Below are positions 9,800-24,200 of a stretch of 64,000 nucleotides of DNA, one piece after another. Made by a program: the position numbers and the translations under genes. Under the pieces are notes generated by a model. The model was not told where the DNA came from and searched no databases. It was given only the letters and a program-made list of their open reading frames with translations. The stretch spans positions 2,400,001 through 2,464,000 of the forward strand of contig CM000207.1 in NCBI GenBank assembly GCA_000002445.1, in the 5' to 3' direction. The number at the start of each line of letters is the position of its first letter. Position 1 is the stretch's first letter. The stretch comes from Trypanosoma brucei (Eukaryota).

Positions 9800-12700
9800 A
9801 CGAAAAGTTCCAACACAAGGTAAGGAAAAAGAGATGGAATTGGTTGTGTTTGCGGCATCTCAATATTCCACACGGAGTGGGATGGTGTGCATTTCAAAAC
9901 TTGTACAGGAGACACGTGATGCGTCAGAGCAATCGTGCTCAGCAGCACAGCCATCCAGGAAGCCTAAACGAAAGAGGGAAATGTTGGGAGGGTTTATGCT
10001 TCGTGATACTAGTAATGCGTGTTGTTGAGAACCTTTTCATATTAAAAGGAACACTACAAAAACTGAAAGCATTTACGAATGATGGGAAAGCTCATAGAGG
10101 CTATAAACGGCTAAAATGTACCGGCCGTACTGAGTGGGTGGTGTGAAAATAAAAAGGGATATGTTGTAGAGAGTGTCAATACAGGAAGGCTACACAAATG
10201 GAAAGGAATAATAAATACAGAAAAAGGGACGTCATAATATTTTACTGAGCTCCATGCAGGAAGTGCAAGGGATATTTCCAATGGGGAAGTTGGGAAGGTT
10301 AAAAAAAAAGGCGAAAACATATGAGTGATAATGTAAATATAGTCTGATGGAAGGAAGTGTTGCTTTGGAAAAAGACAGACAAATAACTAAAAGAGGATTG
10401 ACTGGAGAAAATGATGCCAGGCGAAACACATAAAAAAATGGGTTCGGGAAGCATGGATATTTCGAACTTGGAACATAAAGACAAAAGAGCAGGAAAAGTT
10501 GTGGGAAATGGCATGTTATATATTTGCATCGTTATAGCAAAAAAAACTGTTTGGTGTGTCGAATGAGTGAAGGAACTGAGGCACTCAAGACCGCTGAATA
10601 AGAAAATGGAGAAGGAAAGCCACGGAAAGTAATGAGGGGATATCTTGAAAGCCGCGCACACAGACACGTACACTTGATAGCGGGGTGTGAAAAAGCAAGG
10701 AGTGGAACAAAAGCCTTCATCGCTATGATGGTTAAGAAATACGACACCACCACAATGCGCTGTATAATTCAAAGCAGACGTATTATTAAAGGGATCGGTA
10801 TTAGTGGAAATACCTGTGGTATTAACCTTTGCGGTGCTTGAAGTGATGGCATGAAAAAGATTAGAGATACCCTCTTCTGTGTTGTGTCGGATACATGGAA
10901 AAAGAAAGTGTGTGCTTGGCCTAAGGATGTAATGTGCTAAACCATAAGGCAGTAATAAAATACCTCAAAGCAATTCTATCGCCAAAAGGAATCGATGATG
11001 CTGTGGTTCAGACGAGAAATATCACACTACAGAATCCGACATTGCATGGGACGCAACTATGTGTCAACGCGGCGGTGATATAAGCTATCAAAGCAAAAAA
11101 TGATGCAATTATGGGGATTTATCATGCAGCAGCGTTGTCTACTATGGAAAATGCAGTAACCACTGAAAAGGAGGAAACATGCTTCAAGGAGCAAAAAGTA
11201 GCAGTGATTGCTGTAACAACAAGATTGTGGTTGTAAATAAAAAAAAAGAAAAGGAAGCGAAACTACGACCCAAGGATATTTAGAGTAGTATCGAAACTGC
11301 CTAAACATCACTAATGAATGCATATTTACCAAATGCGAATATATATGTATATGTGAATATATACGTACATCAATATTCTACAAAAATAGTGCTTTGCAGC
11401 GTGTGAGACTTTCAAAACATTTTTTGTGGAACACTTAAGCATAATTGTTGTTAATGGAAAATTGATCTATGGATACCTTCTTTTTGCTACATGTATTTTG
11501 AATTTGTTTGAGAGGAAAATGGTAACATCTCTGAGGTAAACTCTGGGACAATATAAAAGTGCTGGAGAAAATTTCTTGGTTTGACAGTAGCAATATCATG
11601 AACTAAAGAAGTGATTAAAAGATCTGTAACACGGGAGTATGTGCTTTTGCCATTGTACGATTTTCTTGATATATGCATTGAAGTGATTGATTGAATAGGG
11701 GTGCAAGTCTCATGAAACATGCTCTTCATTCAACCAAGGCTTTTTAGGAATATGCAGCAAAAGTCGAAAAATGACTGACTTGACAACCAAAATGGCGTCC
11801 CTATTCTATTAGTGAAAATTCGAATGAAACAGCACATAATGGAACTACATGAAAATTCAAAGGAAATGTGATATCAAATTCCTAACCCGCTGTATCAAAT
11901 TTCTCACACACCTTTCATAAAAGTATTTTTACATACATGTTTGAATTGAAAACACTCGACAAAATAATTTATGTGATCTGCGTATGAAATGTGTGATGAA
12001 TTCTGCCCAATCGTGCTAATCTCTCTATTATTGTTAAACCTCACCTTACCATTTGTTTCAGTAAAGGCAAGAAAGCAATATTAAATGATGAAATACTGTT
12101 AAACGGTGAAGTTACAAAGGAATATCTTTTCCGCAACAGAGAGTAACTATCTGAGAGGAGTTTAATGAACCGTGTACAATGATAGTGTCAGCACACTAAG
12201 TCTTGGAACAGCATAAACAGACTAGGATAACCAAAGGGGAAGAAGTGACACCTGGTGCTATGCAGTAACTAGCTTCAGAGGCAAAAAAAAGGCTGCTCAA
12301 TCCTATGGAAGCAATGTAACCTCACAGCCGTAGCAGTAGCGTGAATAAGAAAGGAAATGTGAACTTAGAAAAAACATATTGAACTCAAAGTGAAAAAGCA
12401 GAAGCAGTCAACCGCATAGAGGTATCAAAGGCATAACGTAGTTTGTTGGAAGGGGCGCCGAGCAAAATCAAGTTTTAGGCAGGTGATCCGGTATGGATGT
12501 ATCACACTGCACATGGATGCCACAAACCAAGAGACTTTGAATAGATGAAAGGAAAGATGAGAGACTTCGCGTCTATCAGGCGTGCTTGAGTTAGGGGCTG
12601 TAGTGGAAAGCAAACACAAACTGCTTACCCGAAGAGGGACAGTAACATGAACAATCCGAAATGGGTTTCAAACTATCTGGCACAATATCATTTTGACTGG

Positions 12701-15700
12701 GTCTGAGAGAGAGAGCTCTTTGGCCAGAGACAAACACGCGCGTTACTATAACCTTACAAATGACTCGAATACAGATATCAAATGCAATATTCTAAACGAA
12801 TAAAAACAAGGCTCAAGAGGCAACAATGCGGAAGATTCCGTTGAGTTACTTTACGTTAGCGTGAGGGTAGGAAAGAAAATGAAGAGATTTTGTGAATCTG
12901 GAAAAGGAAATGTGAGAACGCAACCCTACAACAGCTTTTAAAATATCCCATGGACTAAAGCGTTGAATAGAATTGACGGGAAAATGAGCAACCTGACTGT
13001 TAGCAAAGACAAGGGAAACTATGGCAAAGCTAACCTAGTTAAGCTGTGGCATCGCCAATTTAATTAAAACAAGCCAGAGTGAAGAGAGGATGCCATTCAG
13101 AGTTATAAGAAAGTAAAGCCATGAAAGTATAATTGGCACGATTACTTTGTTAAATTACGATACAAATACGAGTAAAACACAAATAATAATTATGGGAGCA
13201 AGCCAGGAGTTACCTGTGAAGGTGAAATTACTGCTGATTATAATAGTGCGGGTGTCTCTCGAATGAAACGCGAAAACCGTCGGCACAGTACAGCGTCCAC
13301 GCACTCAAACTGTGAAAGAGGATGTCAGTGGGTCAACGGTGAGATTGTGAGGCCACATCGCAAGCCAGTTATCTAAAACAGTGTGGGATTTGTTCAAACA
13401 TTACCCAGATTATATTTGTTTCTGTTTGTAAACGTGTGATTAGGCACTAAACTTCAATTCTAGCAGTGTTTGAATCTGTAGTACAATTAATATTTACCCC
13501 TTTCGTTTGAAAGTTAGTATAACTCTACGGTTTTGTCGGTCATTCAACGTAGTCTTGAAAGGGCCCAAAAGCACAAATACGTGACTTCTTAACATTTCAT
13601 CAGAGATGCACTACACCACACGGGTGAGCACATTGCCGTAACTAGGGGGTAGGTTTACTTTTTTGACACAGCTTCAAAAAGGTAGAACCTCGAATATGAT
13701 GCAAGTGGACCTCAGGTGGGGACTATCTGGCGCAAGAAAACGCTAGCAGAACTCGGGTCTCTCCCTCGCTTGAGGTAAAAGTTGTGTTGCATTGCGGGCT
13801 TCGGTGACGATTGCTCACTCCTTATTCAGATTTTTGAGGTTACCAAGCATGTAAAGCTAAGGGAGTGCAGTTCTTTCTCTGTAGTTGTTGGGTGAGCGGT
13901 TATGTAAATGTGTATATCTTCACATTTTTATATTTAAATGTTGGCTTTTACGAATTTTTTTGTTTGCAATGGGTTGAAATTACACGGCAACGACGTGGTT
14001 CAAGGTGTGAATTTTACTGATTTAGTTTTTGACGCCATCTCAGTTAGTGAAAGGATACGATGGCGATCCGCAAAGGGGAGGAAAAGGGCTTCCAAATTGC
14101 AGAGACGTACCAAAAATTGACAGGAATTTAGGTTGCTCAAAGGAAAATAATTATAGATATTAAGCGGCAAGAAACTTTGTGCTGGAGAGGCTTCTGGGGT
14201 TGGATTCTGTTTGACAGAAACTGCACGCCATGGCTGATAAGTGAGCTGCTTCCCATGAGGCATAGACGGGTGAATAATGCTTCCCTCAGTTTTTTGAGTG
14301 GGAATTCGTCGCTGTAAAAGATTCACCTGGTGTGAAAAGAATTGATAGAGCGTATCCGAACATTTTAATTACTCCAATCTAAGGAACAAGAAGTGTGAAA
14401 CATCTGGTGAGGGTAGAACGTCTTGTTACCTTAGCTCCCTTGGGCGGAACACAGGTGTAGGGTCGTGTAAAAAAGGGACGAGAGGTGTGTCTTCCTATTG
14501 AAGTTGGAGGTCTCTAGCTGAAAAAAAAAAGCCACTGACTCTAGTGACACGAATAGTCCAGACAATATCCCTAGGCGCGCGCACCTCACAGGCCGGCAGA
14601 ATAGTAAAACTCAATTTTCACTACAATCCAGTTACCAAACTGTACATTTAATCTTACTCTTCCCACTGTAAAAACATATAAGTGTTATTCAACTCGGGTG
14701 CTGAATCCATACCAAAGCACATAGAGGTAACAAATAAAAGTCGCTATTTCTGAAAACTAATTCACACTTGCCTGCGAATGCACACCTTTCCTTTAACATT
14801 CGTAAGACAGTATAGGGTCCTACTGAAGTCCTGGTTTACACAAGATATTATATACGATTGGTCACGCAGTCACCTCTGCTGCTTTCCGGACAATAAAGTG
14901 ACTAACTGCGAAGCATGGCTCTCAATGGGAGAGATTTTCTAAGCGGGTTAAAGAGCCATACTATGGAGACTCATACATGTGTATATTATTGTTGGGGTGA
15001 TTCACCAGCCCTTTTTACAAAATGTATAATATCCTCTTGCATTTGGCAGTGAAGCATAAAAGCGTGCTGCTGTTGTACTGAATATATCCCCTTTCCTTTG
15101 CGGTACCCTCCTTTCTCTTTATAAATAATGAGCCTGGTGTGAATTAGAAGAGTGTGCGAATTTATCCAAAATAGAGTGGGTGTAATGGGAAGACACATCA
15201 TGTGGAGGACACTCCGTATGCTAGCAGCTGATGCTTACGGTGGAAGTGGAAGAAGCATTCAGTATCCGAGGCGTAGTGCCACCTTGCCATAAATTGGCTG
15301 TCGGAGTTGACAAGAGATCACTGAAGTGGCAACCCTCCAAGGGCCACTTAGTGAAGATGTGCGCCATTATGTCGCTAAGACACACATGAAAACATGCACA
15401 GTGGTCGTACCAAAGTATCCTCACCAGCGTAGCAACACAAAAAGTTAATGGAAATTTCCTATGGAAGAGAAACCATGCGATATTCCGGTAAGGCACTTGA
15501 AACCCTTCAGTAGCAGGCGATATCCAAGGATTGTTAACAACATGGAATGAGAATCACAACACACAAGGGGGAAAGGAATCGCAATTACTCTTTGAATATC
15601 AATACTTTTAGAGGGTCGAACTATCATCTGTCATCTGTCCCACGTGGCACTCTCACACACCACATCAAGGGTGATGGGAGAAATTTTTTGTGGGAGCATA

Positions 15701-16784
15701 CGATGGCCGATGAGTTGGTGAGAGATCAATTATGTTTGCAACACTGCCGTTTTGGTTATTTTCTACTTGAGCACTTTTGATACAGTGGGCCATATCAGGG
15801 TTGTGCAATAAATGCGTAAAGTTAGTGGAGAAAAGTCTAACACCCTCTGCACCGCATCCTTACCAACAGAAGGAATGGCAGCAGCTCACTTAGATAAATC
15901 ACTTCCCCCTGACAAGAATAGTTTAACAGAGGGCAGGTGAAAGGCACAGTGTTCAGCCTTTTACTGTTAAAAGCTGCAGTTACCTCCCTTCATTTTCTTA
16001 CCAAACATCCCAAGACACAGCTTAAAGCATGGATTCTTTGTGGAAGACTTGACAGTGAGGAGAGGGAACGTGGATGGCTTTTCAGAAGGAACTGAATGTT
16101 ATAGCTGTGATAGGAATCCGTATTTACTTCAGATAACTCGTCACGAAGAAAACAGGGTGTGAGGTGTTGGGAGGACATTTGGGGTCACGGTAATGCGGAA
16201 ACGCGGCGACACCCACTCCATGTTGAATTTATATCCACACCGTTAATGTACTGGCAAATCGGATATCCGCAGCGCCTTCTTACCCATAGAGTGCAAAGTG
16301 AAGAATACAAACTGACATTGACACTCTTCATTACTTCCAACATGTATTACACACGCGTTACTCGGATGTAAGATATCGTGTGATTACAGGAGTTATTTCA
16401 AATATCAAGAGAGCTATGGAGAGTAATGGTTTCCTGATCTTTTTTCACCCATTCTGCCATTTCATATCATCTCTCCCATGAAATTTCGATGATATGGGGA
16501 AACAATGTGTGGTGGAGCGTATATGTAAAAAGAAGACCTGAGGGCACTTTCACCCTGGACACCTTGTCACACGAAATAGGAGCTATGGAAGACTTTCTCA
16601 CTGAGGGTTGAGCCCCTTCCACACTATTTCATGGGATTCGTGCGAAGGGAAAACAGAAAAATTATGTTTTAGCAGTAGTCATGAAGAGTTTAATTTTGTG
16701 TGAAGTAATAACCCTGAGAACACTGAAACACTTCCATGAGATGTGTAGAAGAATGTCAAAATGTCAAGAAAGCTCAAAATACTT

Positions 16785-16814
16785 CACTTTTTGGTTCTTT
16801 TTTGATTTTTCTAG
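16785..16814 (+). promoter_or_regulatory. polyY tract + AG (16813-16814): predicted SL acceptor for array gene 2
   Basis: Same conserved element as at 8326-8355. Confidence 0.5.
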
Positions 16815-16830
16815 AGGACAAGGGTGAAAC

Positions 16831-18255
16831 ATGCAAGGCACTATGTACTGGGTTGTATTTTTAGTGGCGGCACTACAGGGTATTCATTTAGTGTTGGGCC
16901 AGGAGGAGATATTGAATGAACAAGAGTTTGAAGCGTTGTGTCGAATGATAAATTGGGCAGAAAGGGGACTGAAGCACATAAATTTGGCACGACAGGTTAC
17001 TGAAGAAGCTCTGAAAATAGGCGTAAGATATCTTGAAGTGGCCGGCGAGGAGGAGGTTACAGAGCTTACCGAACTGCAGGAGAAGGCGTGCATGAGCAAC
17101 AAGAAGACAAGTCACGAAAAGAATTGTGGACTGTACAAAACATTTTGGGAAGAGTCACAGGAAGCATTGAAGAGGACTGCCAGATCGCAAGCGCCTCATC
17201 GAGGAAGGAACAGTTTGCAATATCATACAGCGGAAGGAATTAAAATCAAAGTAATGGAAGTGGCGGATACGTATCACGAGGTCAAAAAAGAAATCTTGAA
17301 ACTTAGAACGGATAACATGGAGGAGCAACTCAATCAAGCTCTTTATGGAGTAGGACATTTTACTGGAGAGGTAAAAGGAGGGGATTCGGACCGAAGCAGA
17401 GTGTGTGGACAAAACCTGGGCAACCGCGACGCCACTGGAGGTTGGTCACTAGCCGTGGATTTGTTGTGCTTGTGTGCGAGGCACATATCCTGGAGCAGCG
17501 TGAAGAGTGTATGCTGTGAGGAGTGCGGTACGGGAGAGAACAGCAACACATGGAACCCAGCATTAGACGGAGCACTACACTGGGAATTTCTAAAAGAGAA
17601 TTGTCCAGGTGATAATACAAATCACCATACAGAGGGCGAACAGCTGAAAAGCGCCAAAAAGAATTTTATGGCAAAAGTGTCTAAAATAGCCACTATCCCA
17701 TATAGAACTATGTACAAGCTTGGAGACAGTAAAAATATACAAACAAAGCAATGCGGGGCTAACATAGGCACTGGCCAGGGAATATGCGTGTACTACGGAT
17801 CTGATAATGGAGCGAATCTGCACTGGATGCAAGCGTTGGAAAGGGTTGAAAATGATGTTGAAGTTCTTCTGCAAGACAGTAAATATAAGTCGACTAAGCT
17901 AAAGAGGATTAAAGAGCTAAGTCAAGAGATTCAGAACCTAATCGAAGGTGGCACGCCGCGGGGAAGACAGAAACGGAGTGTGGATACCGAGAACAGTGTC
18001 CCAGAAACCCCAGCTGACCCGAGCGATCCAACACAGTCAACCACACATACCAATGAAAAAAAGCGAATTGTAAGAAAACCGATATCAACAGGTAACAATG
18101 CATCCAAAAGCTACGGTGGAGATGAGGTTGATTCTTACGATTCCAAATGCGATGGAGAAAACTCGGCATGCTCAGATTCACCAGCAAAGCCAACAGTAAA
18201 AAGCAGCAAAAGTGCTATAAATTGTCCACTGGGATTAATTTTGCTTTTGGTATAA
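16831..18255 (+). CDS. array paralog 2 (474 aa), same family
   Basis: Signal peptide MQGTMYWVVFLVAALQGIHLVLGQ. The C-terminal ~110 aa are near-identical to paralog 3. The internal block RVCGQNL..ATGGWSLAVDLLCLCA is shared with paralog 4. Confidence 0.8.
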   Translation: MQGTMYWVVFLVAALQGIHLVLGQEEILNEQEFEALCRMINWAERGLKHINLARQVTEEALKIGVRYLEVAGEEEVTELTELQEKACMSNKKTSHEKNCGLYKTFWEESQEALKRTARSQAPHRGRNSLQYHTAEGIKIKVMEVADTYHEVKKEILKLRTDNMEEQLNQALYGVGHFTGEVKGGDSDRSRVCGQNLGNRDATGGWSLAVDLLCLCARHISWSSVKSVCCEECGTGENSNTWNPALDGALHWEFLKENCPGDNTNHHTEGEQLKSAKKNFMAKVSKIATIPYRTMYKLGDSKNIQTKQCGANIGTGQGICVYYGSDNGANLHWMQALERVENDVEVLLQDSKYKSTKLKRIKELSQEIQNLIEGGTPRGRQKRSVDTENSVPETPADPSDPTQSTTHTNEKKRIVRKPISTGNNASKSYGGDEVDSYDSKCDGENSACSDSPAKPTVKSSKSAINCPLGLILLLV

Positions 18256-21200
18256 ACGAAAAGTTCCAACACAAGGTAAGGAAAAAGAGATGGAATTGGT
18301 TGTGTTTGCGGCATCTCAATATTCCACACGGAGTGGGATGGTGTGCATTTCAAAACTTGTACAGGAGACATGTGATGCGTCAGAGCAATCGTGCTCAGCA
18401 GCACAGCCATCCAGGAAGCCTAAACGAAAGAGGGAAATGTTGGGAGGGTTTATGCTTCGTGATACTAGTAATGCGTGTTGTTGAGAACCTTTTCATATTA
18501 AAAGGAACACTACAAAAACTGAAAGCATTTACGAATGATGGGAAAGCTCATAGAGGCTATAAACGGCTAAAATGTACCGGCCGTACTGAGTGGGTGGTGT
18601 GAAAATAAAAAAGTATATGTTGTAGAGAATGTCGATACCGGAAGGCTACAAGAATGGAAGGAATAATAAATACAGAAAAAGAGACGCCATACTTTTCACT
18701 GAGCTATCTACAGGACATGGAAGGGATATTTCCAATGGGGAAGTTGGGAAGGTTAAAAAAAAAGGCGAAAACATATGAGTGATAATGTAAATATAGTCTG
18801 ATGGAAGGAAGTGTTGCTTTGGAAAAAGACAGACAAATAACTAAAAGAGGATTGACTGGAGAAAATGATGCCAGGCGAAACACATAAAAAAATGGGTTCG
18901 GGAAGCATGGATATTTCGAACTTGGAACATAAAGACAAAAGAGCAGGAAAAGTTGTGGGAAATGGCATGTTATATATTTGCATCGTTATAGCAAAAAAAA
19001 CTGTTTGGTGTGTCGAATGAGTGAAGGAACTGAGGCACTCAAGACCGCTGAATAAGAAAATGGAGAAGGAAAGCCACGGAAAGTAATGAGGGGATATCTT
19101 GAAAGCCGCGCACACAGACACGTACACTTGATAGCGGGGTGTGAAAAAGCAAGGAGTGGAACAAAAGCCTTCATCGCTATGATGGTTAAGAAATACGACA
19201 CCACCACAATGCGCTGTATAATTCAAAGCAGACGTATTATTAAAGGGATCGGTATTAGTGGAAATACCTGTGGTATTAACCTTTGCGGTGCTTGAAGTGA
19301 TGGCATGAAAAAGATTAGAGATACCCTCTTCTGTGTTGTGTCGGATACATGGAAAAAGAAAGTGTGTGCTTGGCCTAAGGATGTAATGTGCTAAACCATA
19401 AGGCAGTAATAAAATACCTCAAAGCAATTCTATCGCCAAAAGGAATCGATGATGCTGTGGTTCAGACGAGAAATATCACACTACAGAATCCGACATTGCA
19501 TGGGACGCAACTATGTGTCAACGCGGCGGTGATATAAGCTATCAAAGCAAAAAATGATGCAATTATGGGGATTTATCATGCAGCAGCGTTGTCTACCATG
19601 GAAAATGCAGTAACCACTGAAAAGGAGGAAACATGCTTCAAGGAGCAAAAAGTAGCAGTGATTGCTGTAACAACAAGATTGTGGTTGTAAATAAAAAAAA
19701 AGAAAAGGAAGCGAAACTACGACCCAAGGATATTTAGAGTAGTATCGAAACTGCCTAAACATCACTAATGAATGCATATTTACCAAATGCGAATATATAT
19801 GTATATGTGAATATATACGTACATCAATATTCTACAAAAATAGTGCTTTGCAGCGTGTGAGACTTTCAAAACATTTTTTGTGGAACACTTAAGCATAATT
19901 GTTGTTAATGGAAAACTGATCTATGGATACCTTCTTTTTGCTACATGTATTTTGAATTTGTTTGAGAGGAAAATGGTAACATCTCTGAGGTAAACTCTGG
20001 GACAATATAAAAGTGCTAAAGGAAATTTCTGGGTTTGACAGTAGCAATATCATGAACTAAAGAAGTGATTAAAAGATCTGTAACACGGGAGTATGTGCTT
20101 TTGCCATTGTACGATTTTCTTGATATATGCATTGAAGTGATTGATTGAATAGGGGTGCAAGTCTCATGAAACATGCTCTTCATTCAACCAAGGCTTTGTA
20201 AGAATATGCAGCAAAAGTCGAAAAATGACTGACTTGACAACCAAAATGGCGTCCCTATTCTATTAGTGAAAATTCGAATGAAACAGCACATAATGGAACT
20301 ACATGAAAATTCAAAGGAAATGTGATATCAAATTCCTAACCCGCTGTATCAAATTTCTCACACACCTTTCATAAAAGTATTTTTACATACATGTTTGAAT
20401 TGAAAACACTCGACAAAATAATTTATGTGATATGCATGTGAAATGTGTGATGAATTCTGCCCAATCGTGCTAATCTCTCTATTATTGTTAAACCTCACCT
20501 TACCATTTGTTTCAGTAAAGGCAAGAAAGCAATATTAAATGATGAAATACTGTTAAACGGTGAAGTTACAAAGGAATATCTTTTCCGCAACAGAGAGTAG
20601 CTATCTGAGAGGAGTTTAATGAACCGCGTACAATGATAGTGTCAGCACACTAAGTCTTGGAACAGCATAAACAGACTAGGATAACCAAAGGGGAAGAAGT
20701 GACACCTGGTGCTATGCAGTAACTAGCTTCAGAGGCAAAAAAAAGGCTGCTCAATCCTATGGAAGCAATGTAACCTCACAGCCGTAGCAGTAGCGTGAAT
20801 AAGAAAGGAAATGTGAACTTAGAAAAAACATATTGAACTCAAAGTGAACAAACAGAAGCAGTCAACCGCATAGAGGTATCAAAGGCATAACGTAGTTTGT
20901 TGGAAGGGGCGCCGAGCAAAATCAAGTTTTAGGCAGGTGATCCGGTATGGATGTATCACACTGCACATGGATGCCACAAACCAAGAGACTTTGAATAGAT
21001 GAAAGGAAAGATGAGAGACTTCGCGTCTATCAGGCGTGCTTGAGTTAGGGGCTGTAGTGGAAAGCAAACACAAACTGCTTACCCGAAGAGGGACAGTAGC
21101 ATGTACAATCCGAAATGGGTTTCAAACTATCTGGCACAATTCCATTTTGACTGGGTGTGAGAGAGAGTTCTTGGGACAGAGACAAACACGCGCGTTACTA

Positions 21201-24200
21201 TAACCTTACAAATGACTCGAATACAGATATCAAATGCAATATTCTAAATGAACAATAAAAACAAGGCTCAAGAGGCAACAATGCATAAGATTCCGTTGAG
21301 TTACTTTACGTTAGCGTGAGGGTAGGAAAGAAAATGAAGAGATTTTGTGAATCTGGAAAAGGAAATGTGAGAACGCAACCCTACAACAGCTTTTAAAATA
21401 TCCCATGGACTAAAGCGTTGAATAGAATTGACGGGAAAATGAGCAACCTGACAGTGAGCACAAACAAGGGAAACTATGGCAAAGCTTACATAGTTAAGCT
21501 GTGGCATGTCAATTTAATTAAAACGTGCCAGAGTGAAGAGAGGATGCCATTCAGAGTTATAAGAAAGCAAAGCCATGAAAGTGTAATTGACACGATTACT
21601 TTGTTACAATCCGATACAAATACGAGTAAAACACAAATAATAATTATGGGAGCAAGCCAGGAGTTACCTGTGAAGGTGAAATTACTGCTGATTATAATAG
21701 TGCGAGTGGCTCTTGACACAAATGCGAAAACCGTAAGCACAGTTCAGCGTCCACGAGCTCAAACTGTGAAACAGGATGAAAGCTGGTCAACGGTGAGATT
21801 GTGAGGCCACATCGCGAGTCAGTCATCTAAAACAGTGTGAATTTCGTTCAAACATTACCCAGGTTATATTTGTTTCTGTTTGTAAACGTGTGATTAGGCA
21901 CTAAACTTCAATTCTAGCAGTGTTTGAATCTGTAGTACAATTAATATTTACCCCTTTCGTTTGAAAGTTAGTATAACTCTACGGTTTTGTCGGTCATTCA
22001 ACGTAGTCTTGAAAGGGCCCAAAAGCACAAATACGTGACTTCTTAACATTTCATCAGAGATGCACTACACCACACGGGTGAGCACATTGCCGTAACTAGG
22101 GGGTAGGTTTACTTTTTTGACACAGCTTCAAAAAGGTAGAACCTCGAATATGATGCAAGTGGACCTCAGGTGGGGACTATCTGGCGCAAGAAAACGCTAG
22201 CAGAACTCGGGTCTCTCCCTCGCTTGAGGTAAAAGTTGTGTTGCATTGCGGGCTTCGGTGACGATTGCTCACTCCTTATTCAGATTTTTGAGGTTACCAA
22301 GCATGTAAAGCTAAGGGAGTGCAGTTCTTTCTCTGTAGTTGTTGGGTGAGCGGTTATGTAAATGTGTATATCTTCACATTTTTATATTTCAATGTTGGCT
22401 TTTACGAATTTTTTTGTTTGCAATGGGTTGAAATTACACGGCAACGACGTGGTTCAAGGTGTGAATTTTACTGATTTAGTTTTTGACGCCATCTCAGTTA
22501 GTGAAAGGATACGATGGCGATCCGCAAAGGGAAGGAAAGAGACTTCCGGATTGCAGAGACGTACCAAAAATTGACAGGAATTTAGGTTGCTCAAAGGAAA
22601 ATAATTATAGATACTAAGCGGTAAGAAACTTTGTGCTGGAGAGGCTTCTGGGGTTGGATTCTGTTTGACAGAAACTGCACGCCATGACTGATAAGTGAGC
22701 TGCTTCCCCTGAGGCATAGACGTGTGAAAAATGCTTCCCTCAGTTTTTTGAGTGGGAATTCGTCGCTGTAAAAGATTCACCTGGTGTGAAAAGAATTGAT
22801 AGAGCGTATCCGAACATTTTAACTATTCCAATCTAAGGAACAAGGAGTGTGAAACATCTGGTGAGGGTAGAACGTCTTGTTACCTTAGCTCCCTTGGGCG
22901 GAACACAGGTGTAGGGTCGTGTAAAAAAGGGACGAGAGGTGTGTCTTCCTATTGAAGTTGGAGGTCTCTAGCTGAAAAAAAAAAGCCACTGACTCTAGTG
23001 ACATGAATAGTCCAGACAATATCCCTAGGCACGTGCACCTCACAGGCCGGCAGAATAGTAAAACTTAATTTTCACTACAATCCAGTTACCAAACTGTACA
23101 TTTAATCTTACTCTTCCCACTGTAGAAACATATAAGTGTTATTCAACTCGGGTGCTGAATCCATACCAATTCACATAGAGGTAACAAATAAAAGCCGCTA
23201 TTTCTGAAAACTAATTCACACTTGCCTGCGAATGCACACCTCTCCTTTAACATTCGTAAGACAGTATAGGGTCCTACTGAAGTCCTGGTTTACACAAGAT
23301 ATTATATACGATTGGTCACGCAGTCACCTCTGCTGTTTTCCGGACAATAAAGTGACTAACTGCGAAGCATGGCTCTCAATGGGAGAGATTTTCTAAGCGG
23401 GTTAAAGAGCCACACTATGGAGACTCATACGTGTGTATATTATTGTTGGGGTGATTCACCAGCCTTTTTTACAAAATGTATAATATCCTCTTGCATTTGG
23501 CAGTGAAGCATAAAAGCGTGCTGCTGTTGTACTGAATATATCCCCTTTCCTTTGCGGTACCCTCCTTTCTCTTTATAAATAATGAGCCTGGTGTGAATTA
23601 GAAGAGTGTGCGAATTTATCCAAAATAGAGTGGGTGTAATGGGAAGACACATCACGTAGAGGACACTCCGTATGCTAGCAGCTGATGCTTACGGTGGAAG
23701 TGGAAGAAGCATTCAGTATCCGAGGCGTAGTGCCACCTTGCCATAAATTGGCTGTCGGAGTTGACAAGAGATCACTGAAGTGGCAACCCTCCAAGGGCCA
23801 CTTAGTGAAGATGTGCGCCATAATGTCGCTAAGACACACATGAAAACATGCACAGTGGTCGTGCCAAAGTATCCTCACCACAGTAGCAACACAAAAAGTA
23901 AGGGTGAGTTCCTATGGAAGAGAAACCATGCGATATTCCGGTAAGGCACTTGAAACCCTTCAGTAGCAGGCGATATCCAAGGATTGTTAACAACATGGAA
24001 TGAGAATCACAACACACAAGGGGGAAAGGAATCGCAATTACTCTTTGAATATCAATACTTTTAGAGGGTCGAACTATCATCTGTCATCTGTCCCACGTGG
24101 CACTCTCACACACCACATCAAGGGTGATGGGAGAAATTTTTTGTGGGAGCATACGATGGCCGATGAGTTGGTGAGAGATCAATTATGTTTGCAACACTGC

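Noticed and set aside
21418-21804. 128-aa + strand ORF recurring in the spacer of units 2-5 (also 29875-30261 and 38357-38743)
   Set aside because: The equivalent position in unit 1 (around 12961-13350) carries an in-frame stop (..aga aag taa agc..). There is no signal peptide or motif. It is likely a chance ORF preserved by recent unit homogenisation.
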